Source: a virus
Strand: one strand, 5' to 3'
DNA: 64,000 nt
Virus record (IMG/VR): IMGVR_UViG_3300045135_000745
Coordinates: 1-64,000 of that record
The notes under the pieces were generated by a model. The model was given only the letters and a program-made list of their open reading frames with translations. It was not told where the DNA came from and ran no database searches. This document shows, in pieces, positions 38,330 through 46,195 of this stretch. Made by a program: the position numbers and the translations under genes. Each line of letters starts with the position of its first letter. Positions within the stretch are counted from its first letter, which is position 1.

Positions 38330-39449
38330 AAATTAATTCACTCCATGCAGGATAAACTTCTTTAAAATCCTCTTGTCTGATTTTATCTAAGAATTCGGTT
38401 TCTTTTATAAAATTTTGATCCCATGATATATCACTCATCATGAAAAGAATGATTGCTTTGAATCTAGGATCTGACCCGTGTTTATTTAAGATTTCAATTT
38501 TAATCTTGGAATGTAGATTCTTAATACAAAGCCATCCAGGACCATGGAGTATATTGTTTACTGTCAGAATATCATTATCATCTGCCCAATCGAATAATTC
38601 GTGAAGATCCCATATATTATAATTGTTAATTGTTGGATGTAGTTTCAAATCAATATCATCATACGATCTAAGTTTTAAAATATTTTTTTCAATAGTTTTC
38701 CAATTAGCCGCGTGACGTTGATATTCTAATCTTTCTCCTATATCGTCAATACTGACTAATACCTTTACCTCTTTAAACTTTAGTAAACCATTAATCATGG
38801 ATTGATTTAAAATGCTACCGTTCGTAGTAATAAGAACTGTAATATTTTTTGCATATTCTGATTGAGAAATTATCTCTATCATTCTTTTTGATTCAGGACT
38901 TACGAATGGTTCACCGCCAGTGAATTCAATCTGTTCTAAATGTGGTAATACTTTATCGAAGAAATACTTTTCGTTTTTAGTACCAAGAATCTTATTTGAC
39001 AAATAATAATCTTCATCTTCTCTAACAAATCCGCGGAAAACTTTATCCTCTTTTAGTATTAAACTACTGTAAGAGTAATCACACATTCTACATTTAAAAT
39101 TACAGACATTACTCAATTTCAAATCAAAAAATTTGGGCGTATCTGCTTCTAATGTATATTTTTTTTCTTCCAAATAAACATCATTATAGATTTGTCTTAA
39201 ACTTCTAAATCCGGCTTTCTCTTCTTCCCAGCAAGATGAACATTCTGCGATCTTTTTATTATCTAAAAATGCTTGCCTGATCTTCTTGAAATCGTTACCG
39301 TTCCAGATCCCTTCATAAGTGTCGTCTTTCAAAGATCCGGTGGGGTAATTGAATTGACTACGCTTTTCTGCAAACTTACAGCATGGACGCACCAATCCTT
39401 CATTATCAGATGTGATACCAATCCATGGCATTACACAAAAATTATTCAT
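38316..39449 (-). CDS. radical SAM protein with N-terminal twitch domain
   Basis: CVMPW..RPCC..CSSCW, CNFKCRMC, GGEPF, TTNGS, SIDD. Confidence 0.9.
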   Translation of the reverse strand: MNNFCVMPWIGITSDNEGLVRPCCKFAEKRSQFNYPTGSLKDDTYEGIWNGNDFKKIRQAFLDNKKIAECSSCWEEEKAGFRSLRQIYNDVYLEEKKYTLEADTPKFFDLKLSNVCNFKCRMCDYSYSSLILKEDKVFRGFVREDEDYYLSNKILGTKNEKYFFDKVLPHLEQIEFTGGEPFVSPESKRMIEIISQSEYAKNITVLITTNGSILNQSMINGLLKFKEVKVLVSIDDIGERLEYQRHAANWKTIEKNILKLRSYDDIDLKLHPTINNYNIWDLHELFDWADDNDILTVNNILHGPGWLCIKNLHSKIKIEILNKHGSDPRFKAIILFMMSDISWDQNFIKETEFLDKIRQEDFKEVYPAWSELIYAYM

Positions 39450-39840
39450 CGTTTTTCTTTGTACAGTATTTCTCACATTGTCTTATAATCCGGTTAGGAC
39501 TATCCCAAGATTCTGGCAACGTTTTTGTAAACCATTCACTTCCTATAATTTCCTCTAACCCCACGTTATGGATATTATATTTTTCTTTATTGGTATAATA
39601 TTGCATTAGTGTATTATCTGCAAAAGTTTCATGCTGGATGATATTACGATCCCCGATTTGATTGCTGATATTATTTTCTCTTACCGGTCTATCTTCTGGC
39701 ACATCAAGTTTATCGAACATATAAATCACGTTTGCTAAATAACAGCATGGTAATACTTGTCCATCGGGATTAATTAGCAATCTTTTCGATTCCATCCACT
39801 GGCATCTGACGTTCATCTTATTTTCATTCAGTTGCTTCAT
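39442..39840 (-). CDS. stand-alone SPASM (Fe-S) domain protein
   Basis: C.W...INPDGQVLPCCYLAN...CEKYC. Confidence 0.75.
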   Translation of the reverse strand: MKQLNENKMNVRCQWMESKRLLINPDGQVLPCCYLANVIYMFDKLDVPEDRPVRENNISNQIGDRNIIQHETFADNTLMQYYTNKEKYNIHNVGLEEIIGSEWFTKTLPESWDSPNRIIRQCEKYCTKKNDE

Positions 39841-40261
39841 TTTTTCTCGGCCTGGATTTGTTAGGATGGTAATGTTCCGCATTAACCGAACAATATTTTT
39901 TACAAAGTCTATGTGTTAGATTTTCATCGTCCCAAGATTCTGGCAATGTCTTAGTAAACCATTCGTGATTTAAAATATCTTCTAATGAATTATTGTGAAG
40001 ATTTAATTTATCTTTATCCTTAAAATATTCTATAGCCAGATATGGATTTCTACTTTTATCGTTTCTAACAGCATCTTTTTTAAATTTCCCGCCACCATAT
40101 ACCATTTCATCTGGAAAATCTTTTTCAAGATCCGGACCGAAAAAATTCACCATTGAAAAAGAATTAGCAAGATAGCAACATGGATACACTTGACCATCGA
40201 TGTTTACTAATGCATTATTCTTTGCCATCCATTCACAGCGTATTTTTTGTCGATTCTTCAT
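39824..40261 (-). CDS. stand-alone SPASM (Fe-S) domain protein, paralog of the preceding ORF
   Basis: C.W...VNIDGQVYPCCYLAN...CKKYC; GAGGA RBS. Confidence 0.75.
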   Translation of the reverse strand: MKNRQKIRCEWMAKNNALVNIDGQVYPCCYLANSFSMVNFFGPDLEKDFPDEMVYGGGKFKKDAVRNDKSRNPYLAIEYFKDKDKLNLHNNSLEDILNHEWFTKTLPESWDDENLTHRLCKKYCSVNAEHYHPNKSRPRKNEATE

Positions 40262-41018
40262 ATATAATCCTCATATGTTCATCGTCATATAGATGCCAAG
40301 TCTTCCAATAGAAATCGCTGTTTTTTAGACTCGTCTTTTCTAAGACCTTTTCCATTCCAGTTTTATCGATGAATTTAAACTGTTGATTTTTATAGAATCT
40401 ATTCGATTGAACATAGAAGATATCTTCAGCCCCATAGTCTTTAACCATCTGAGCAATATTGTAAAGATCTTTTTCGTTGTGTTTAAAAGTTACTGTAAAC
40501 ACCTGACTTAAACCACCTGCTGCTGAGAAGGTTTCCATATTCTCTAATATCAAATCCAAATTAGTATCTTGACGATATAAAGAATGCTGGTCCTGTGTAA
40601 TACCTTCGACTGCCCACATAACGGTAATTCTTTTTTTACCTAATAAACCAAACTCCCACCACCAATCCGGATTTCTAAAACTTCCGTTTGTATTAACCAA
40701 TACGTTGGCTGATGAATAATCCATGATATATTTAACAATTTCAAATATATCTTTATTCATAATGGGATCACCCCAAGTACCACATATGTCAAAATGGTTA
40801 ATGTGCTGGAGAGTCTTTCTAGGAAACATCTTCTTAAATTCTTCAAAAGACCATTGCACTAAAGGTAACCAATCTGCTTTAACTAATCCGTTTGCATTTG
40901 TTCTATGACACTGCGGACATTTCGCATTACAATATGTAGAAAGATCCAACCACATCCCCAATTTCTTTTTTTCGTACTGGGTATTATAATTTTCAATCTG
41001 TGGTAATAAATCTTCCAT
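40233..41018 (-). CDS. radical SAM protein lacking its own SPASM domain
   Basis: CNAKCPQC, CGTWGDP, NTNGS. Confidence 0.88.
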   Translation of the reverse strand: MEDLLPQIENYNTQYEKKKLGMWLDLSTYCNAKCPQCHRTNANGLVKADWLPLVQWSFEEFKKMFPRKTLQHINHFDICGTWGDPIMNKDIFEIVKYIMDYSSANVLVNTNGSFRNPDWWWEFGLLGKKRITVMWAVEGITQDQHSLYRQDTNLDLILENMETFSAAGGLSQVFTVTFKHNEKDLYNIAQMVKDYGAEDIFYVQSNRFYKNQQFKFIDKTGMEKVLEKTSLKNSDFYWKTWHLYDDEHMRIIYEESTKNTL

Positions 41019-41679
41019 AATCTTTCCATTCATGTGGCTTATTCGTACTTCGAGTAAAGTGAACCATCTTTATATCTTGATGAAAGTCATTACCGTCGTA
41101 AAGTTTGTTCCCGGTAATTTCGAAATATTTATCCTCGATTTTTTGAGTGCTAATATCTGGATCACTTATCCATCGGGTAAACCAAGCATCTGGCATAAGT
41201 GTTACGTCCATTCCGTATAGACTATCCTGGACAAACATGAATTCACCATTCACTGGGCCAATGGTTAAACCAGCTTTAATATAGTAGTTTGTATAGTATG
41301 GAATATCGCTCATAAACTTTTCATAAATGTGTCGAGTTCTACTTGGCCAAAACTTATAAAATCCACCAGCCATTTTAAATGGTGTTCCATTAAAGTTCCA
41401 CCAATATGGAATAGAAACAAATTCATTCTTTGCACATGGATAATTAATCACTTCATGGTAGTCGTGAATCAGTAGCTTATCGATATCCATTACAATTACA
41501 GGTTCGTCGATATCCATACCGAAGACTTGTAACTTATTCCATTGCAGCGGAACCCACTTATGAAAAGGTTCACGAATCCAATGGACGTCGTGACCTTCTA
41601 ATTTACTGTTAATATAATCTTCATATTCAGGACCGTACTTTGTTCCGATCCTCACACAGAATACTTTCAAAGGAACCAT
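40993..41679 (-). CDS. GT-A fold glycosyltransferase-like protein
   Basis: VFCVRIGTKYGPEY, WNKL, MDID (DxD), VHF; paralog of 43134. Confidence 0.7.
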   Translation of the reverse strand: MVPLKVFCVRIGTKYGPEYEDYINSKLEGHDVHWIREPFHKWVPLQWNKLQVFGMDIDEPVIVMDIDKLLIHDYHEVINYPCAKNEFVSIPYWWNFNGTPFKMAGGFYKFWPSRTRHIYEKFMSDIPYYTNYYIKAGLTIGPVNGEFMFVQDSLYGMDVTLMPDAWFTRWISDPDISTQKIEDKYFEITGNKLYDGNDFHQDIKMVHFTRSTNKPHEWKDYGRFITTD

Positions 41680-42539
41680 TCCATTTTTTTATTAATGCAG
41701 TGATATAGCTTTGCGTGCGGATCACAAGCATTTACATTCTTTTTCTTTTCGTCTACAATATAATGCCATGGACCATTTAGATATTCAATTGGGATATCTT
41801 TCGAATGAACAAGATAAGAGAACAAAGTTTCATTATCATAACCGAATACGCGCCGAATGTTGTATGGGTACATGGAATCTTCGTCGGTCTTTAGCTCTGT
41901 CATAAGATCCAAATTCTCACGGAAGTTCTCGAAGTAACCTAGCTTCTTGATAGTCTCGGATGATGCAACCATAATACCCGTATTAAACACATCGTTATCT
42001 GGTTCATATCCTTCTTCCAATAGCATTGCATGAGCATTCCAATACTTAGTGGAAGGATTACGAATACACGTATTATAGTTTTTAGGATCTACAGTCTTAC
42101 CCCAGTGCGCAAGCGCATTCGAGTTCGCGCACCCGAACTTATTCTCAATATCATGAGCTGCAAAGATACAATCAGTGGTATTCGGTACAACGTCAAAATC
42201 CAAATAACATACAGCATCGTACTCGGCTGCCATATTACGCATTGTCCAATGCTTATAAAAGTTCACGATATCGTAATGTGAAACCTCTGGATAGTCAGTC
42301 TCAAACATTTCTATAAAGTCTTGATATTCTTTATCCCATTCGTATAAACGATAATCAGCACCAATAGCTTTAGCATACTGTTTATGACGTTCTATGATCT
42401 TATCATAGTTATTTAATAAAGCCAACTTTGTCTGCAGGCTTTTATCTGTCTGAACCTGTACATCGTTTTCAAACCAACCGGGATTATCTAACTTATCTTC
42501 GGGAATGTCTATGAATACGCTATAAACTATTTTCTTCAT
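41667..42539 (-). CDS. GT-A fold glycosyltransferase (GT8/GT34-like)
   Basis: YA..IGADY, YLDFDV (DxD), FNTGIMV, H.INK. Confidence 0.72.
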   Translation of the reverse strand: MKKIVYSVFIDIPEDKLDNPGWFENDVQVQTDKSLQTKLALLNNYDKIIERHKQYAKAIGADYRLYEWDKEYQDFIEMFETDYPEVSHYDIVNFYKHWTMRNMAAEYDAVCYLDFDVVPNTTDCIFAAHDIENKFGCANSNALAHWGKTVDPKNYNTCIRNPSTKYWNAHAMLLEEGYEPDNDVFNTGIMVASSETIKKLGYFENFRENLDLMTELKTDEDSMYPYNIRRVFGYDNETLFSYLVHSKDIPIEYLNGPWHYIVDEKKKNVNACDPHAKLYHCINKKMEWFL

Positions 42540-43159
42540 TTGCCGATTACCATATGTCTATTAAAGTCGCCTAAATTTAATGTGCCAGTATAAGCAACAT
42601 AATCTAGATTTAAATCAACAGCAAACAATTCTGCATCTGGCCAACAATTAATATGTGCATCTAAAGCAGTATAGTCATTTGTCTGAAAACAAATCCACGT
42701 GTCTTTCGGCTTATTCTTGATAATGCTTATAAGATCTTCCTGCTCCATATGCTCACAACTTGTATTAATAATAGCCGTGTATGGAGAGTAATCAGGCTTT
42801 TCATTTACATCTAATGTTTCGAATGCAATATCCTGATCATGGAATAGTTCCCAGCCGTAGAAGTCACACATTGGGTCCATATCGCTAGATGTAATATTCA
42901 TACTGGCATTCGGCCATAGCTTTCGCAGCTGATAAGCCATCATACCGTACCAACCACCTACTACAAGAAGATTACCATTTGGGTTGTTATAATGCTTATA
43001 GAATTCTTTCGCTAGCCACTCTTTACCTTCCCAGTGATTCTTATCCACTGAGTGCACAAGATCTTTAATACGAAATAGATCGTCGACCCCGTACATAGAT
43101 TCATCATAAACTTTTTCGCAGAGCTTAAGAACTCTATTTAAGATCGTCGAGTCCAACAT
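42536..43159 (-). CDS. class I SAM-dependent methyltransferase-like protein
   Basis: LVVGGWYG motif I, SSDMDP acidic motif II, INTSCEHM. Confidence 0.65.
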   Translation of the reverse strand: MLDSTILNRVLKLCEKVYDESMYGVDDLFRIKDLVHSVDKNHWEGKEWLAKEFYKHYNNPNGNLLVVGGWYGMMAYQLRKLWPNASMNITSSDMDPMCDFYGWELFHDQDIAFETLDVNEKPDYSPYTAIINTSCEHMEQEDLISIIKNKPKDTWICFQTNDYTALDAHINCWPDAELFAVDLNLDYVAYTGTLNLGDFNRHMVIGK

Positions 43160-43781
43160 TAATCTCCTCGAATGTCAATACACATGGGTCATAATCTACT
43201 TCAGGCTGATACTTCTTGGATTGAATGTATTTTTTATCGAAGACAAAATTATTTACACTAAAATCTTCATGTACCAGATATCGGTCGATCCCCACATATT
43301 TACGCATGAAATAATCACGGAAACCTGACTCGTTAAAGTGTGTCCAGTATTCTTGCATAGCTTCATTTGAAGCGTCCCAAGTCATTACTGAGCTGTTAAT
43401 ACGTACATCGTAGTTAGCTAGTCGATCGTATAACTTACCTTGCTTCCAGTGTGAATGCACAAGGGTAAGTTTTTCCCAATCACGTGGATCATCGTGAATG
43501 AGCGGATCCTTTAAAATCTTCACATCTAAGTCAAAGAAATATGTTTTACCTTTAAACGGCATCTCCAGATCAAATAAACGTAGTTTGTTCCACACGCCTT
43601 TTAAAGTTGGCCGCCCCAGAGGCGGTATAATGTTTACCTCAGGGTCAATATCTGTTGGATCGTCGGTATAACAGAAGAATTGGAATTCTGCTTTTGTTAA
43701 TCTTTTAATATCATGATAAAGCTTGTTTACGAAGTCTGCACTATACTTCGGGCCAAACTTCACACAGATCACATTATACAT
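43134..43781 (-). CDS. GT-A fold glycosyltransferase-like protein
   Basis: VICVKFGPKY, F.CYTDD, WNKLRLF, FFDLDV (DxD), NSSVM.W. Confidence 0.75.
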   Translation of the reverse strand: MYNVICVKFGPKYSADFVNKLYHDIKRLTKAEFQFFCYTDDPTDIDPEVNIIPPLGRPTLKGVWNKLRLFDLEMPFKGKTYFFDLDVKILKDPLIHDDPRDWEKLTLVHSHWKQGKLYDRLANYDVRINSSVMTWDASNEAMQEYWTHFNESGFRDYFMRKYVGIDRYLVHEDFSVNNFVFDKKYIQSKKYQPEVDYDPCVLTFEEINVGLDDLK

Positions 43782-43783
43782 TA

Positions 43784-44422
43784 TTATTCCCTTGCAGAGA
43801 TATAGATCTTAAATAATTCCCATAAAGATTTTGATTTTCTAACTGATAACTTAAGCTGTTTATCTTTAGATTTACCGATAATAGGATCTTCAAGAATAGC
43901 AATCTTAGCATTAAATACAAAATCATCATCTCGATCTTTGGAATCTATAATTGATAAAAGATCTTTAGCATTAATCTCAGAGGATTTTGGACCGGCTGTA
44001 ACGAATTTATCCTGAAGCTTTTTTCTAAGTTCAGAAAATTCTTCTTGAACTTCTTCAAACTTTTTCAGTTTTTCTTGCTCTGCATATTGGTCTAAGTCAC
44101 GATATCTTTTTTCTGCATAAGAATCGATATCTTCGTAGGCTTTTTGAATTTTAGATTGTTCAGCGGCCCAACGACGATCGATTTCATCATTAATCATTTT
44201 TTCAAATACATCAGACTCAACCTTTAAAGCTGCTTGAGTATTTTTCTCAATCTCTTCTAAGGTTAATTCCTGTAATAGATCGTTAAAATCGTTTGATGTG
44301 AAATCGACTTCTAAAATATAAGGAATTACTTTATCTTCTTCCTGATAAAGTAATTCAATAATCATATTATTCGGTAGATCTATAAATTTTGCGGAAATAA
44401 TTCTTTCGCTAAAAATAGCCAT
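43784..44422 (-). CDS. hypothetical coiled-coil protein
   Basis: Charged helical ORF coupled to the glycosyltransferase cluster. Confidence 0.7.
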   Translation of the reverse strand: MAIFSERIISAKFIDLPNNMIIELLYQEEDKVIPYILEVDFTSNDFNDLLQELTLEEIEKNTQAALKVESDVFEKMINDEIDRRWAAEQSKIQKAYEDIDSYAEKRYRDLDQYAEQEKLKKFEEVQEEFSELRKKLQDKFVTAGPKSSEINAKDLLSIIDSKDRDDDFVFNAKIAILEDPIIGKSKDKQLKLSVRKSKSLWELFKIYISARE

Positions 44423-44442
44423 AATAAATTCACGTCCTTATA

Positions 44443-45372
44443 TTAAACTTGTGTAACTCTCAAATAGTATGTAGAGATTGTAGTTGCAGTACCGCTGGGA
44501 ACTTCTTGCGTGCGGTAATCATCCGTATTTACAAATCTAGTAAGATAGGTAGAACTATTTAGTTTAGTATCGGTCATAGCTGTACCGCGGTTATTACCTG
44601 TACCATTTATATTATATGAAATTTTAGTACCAGTAATTTCTGCAGCATAATAACGCATCATACTTTGTAATGCTGTTTCAAACGTTGCCGAAGGGGTTTG
44701 ATAAAGATTTGTACCAGATTTGGTATAACAAATAGGAAGCTGATGTCCTGCAGCGGCGGCAGAATTAACTCTATGTAAATAATAGTTTGTAATAGTAGTT
44801 GGCTGATCTTGAGTTTCCGGAATACCGGAAGCTGTATATGCCGCAGCATTTGCTCGAGTATCGGTAAACACCGGCGTTGCTGATACTAATGTAGCTCCAG
44901 CAACTGAAGAGGATGTTGAAATAAAATATGTGCCGGCTTGCGCTGTTCCTGTTGACCCTGTTGTAAGACTATCGATTGCTGGATAAATGAATGTGTCTGC
45001 AAAATCTGTTGCAGTCATTTCCCTTAAATCACCAGCATCATAGTATAATGGGTAGGAATAAGATGCGTCAGTCCACGATACTTCAGATGTATCATATGTT
45101 TGATTCATTTTAGAATAATTAACGGTTACAGTAGATACATCAGGGGTTTCAGCTGGTGTATCATAATCAACTGGATCAGTCGTGCCTGCCCCAGCTTGTA
45201 AACGAGTATCGGATATTGTCCCTAAAGAACCACCAGAAGCTACAACCGATAATGTTACAGATGGATTTAAACCGTAAAGTCTGATTGCCTCGGTTTGGAT
45301 TGCAGTGATTTCTCCAGCTGACATTTCTTTTAAATTGCTGCCGTCAAGTTTTAAAGGAGTTCTAACCGCCAT
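44443..45372 (-). CDS. virion structural protein (MAVRTPL.. family)
   Basis: T/S/G-rich with internal repeated L.EM and YL modules; inside the structural operon. Confidence 0.7.
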   Translation of the reverse strand: MAVRTPLKLDGSNLKEMSAGEITAIQTEAIRLYGLNPSVTLSVVASGGSLGTISDTRLQAGAGTTDPVDYDTPAETPDVSTVTVNYSKMNQTYDTSEVSWTDASYSYPLYYDAGDLREMTATDFADTFIYPAIDSLTTGSTGTAQAGTYFISTSSSVAGATLVSATPVFTDTRANAAAYTASGIPETQDQPTTITNYYLHRVNSAAAAGHQLPICYTKSGTNLYQTPSATFETALQSMMRYYAAEITGTKISYNINGTGNNRGTAMTDTKLNSSTYLTRFVNTDDYRTQEVPSGTATTISTYYLRVTQV

Positions 45373-45374
45373 AA

Positions 45375-45992
45375 TTAACTTCCTGCACCGTACAATGTTT
45401 TAAGAGCTGTTCCGCTACTGTTATATATTACTAGCGCTACCTCGTCTTTTAAGTTTGCGCGTGCAACGCCATCATTAGCAATTGATACCGCACCACCTGA
45501 AACTGTAAAATTAGTAGAGCTAAAGCTAGCAATACCTTTATTCGCAGTTGTTGCATCTTCTCCAGATATTACACCCGATGTAATATCTATACCTTCACCG
45601 GCACTAAAGTGTGCTCTTACCTCAGAAGCGCTTGGACCAGTATATGTAATTATCCCAGTTGCTGAACTATATGATAATGATCCATCACCTCCAGCATCTG
45701 TTACACTGATATGTGCTCTTACCTCAGAAGCGCTTGGACCAGTATATGTAATTATCCCAGTTGCTGAACTATATGATAATGATCCATCACCTCCAGCATC
45801 TGTTACTGAGATTTTACTTCTAACATCCAAATCGGAATCGATTAATGCATATACAGAATTAATAGCGCCCACAATATCAGAATCTACTGTGGTATTTAAT
45901 GCTGTTAAATCTCCAACCTCTAATGATAGTTGATTAAACTTATTAACCATTTCATTAAAGTTATCGGAGATATTAAGATGTTGTTTCGCCAT
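45375..45992 (-). CDS. short fibre/fibritin-like structural protein
   Basis: N-terminal helical segment (VGDL..LNT...IVGAIN), 34-aa tandem repeat. Confidence 0.65.
   Translation of the reverse strand: MAKQHLNISDNFNEMVNKFNQLSLEVGDLTALNTTVDSDIVGAINSVYALIDSDLDVRSKISVTDAGGDGSLSYSSATGIITYTGPSASEVRAHISVTDAGGDGSLSYSSATGIITYTGPSASEVRAHFSAGEGIDITSGVISGEDATTANKGIASFSSTNFTVSGGAVSIANDGVARANLKDEVALVIYNSSGTALKTLYGAGS
45610..45806. repeat. tandem duplication: two identical 95-bp copies, period 102 bp
   Basis: 45610-45704 is identical to 45712-45806. Confidence 0.92.
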
Positions 45993-46195
45993 TATAGTTT
46001 CTCTATGATCTGGGTTAGCATGGATTTGATATCATTAACATCTTGTTTCAACTGTTCAATTTCCTGCTTCTGCCTGTTACGATTCTCTTTTGCTTTCCTA
46101 GCCATATTAATTTCAGAGGTATTTATATTAATAATTGCACCGGTTTTCGGATCTCTTCCAAATCCCGGCGCGTTATCAGCTTTTAGTATTTTCAT
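45992..46195 (-). CDS. small conserved protein following VrlC-like genes
   Basis: RDPKTGAIIN + coiled coil ..DVNDIKSML. Confidence 0.75.
   Translation of the reverse strand: MKILKADNAPGFGRDPKTGAIININTSEINMARKAKENRNRQKQEIEQLKQDVNDIKSMLTQIIEKL

Noticed and set aside
39824-41033. Frameshifted pseudogene of one rSAM-SPASM protein
   Set aside because: The downstream SPASM ORF has its own RBS and an in-frame stop just upstream; Cys motifs are intact in all parts
45610-45806. CRISPR array or DGR template/variable repeat
   Set aside because: Two in-frame coding copies with no spacers, no adenine-specific mismatches and no reverse transcriptase nearby
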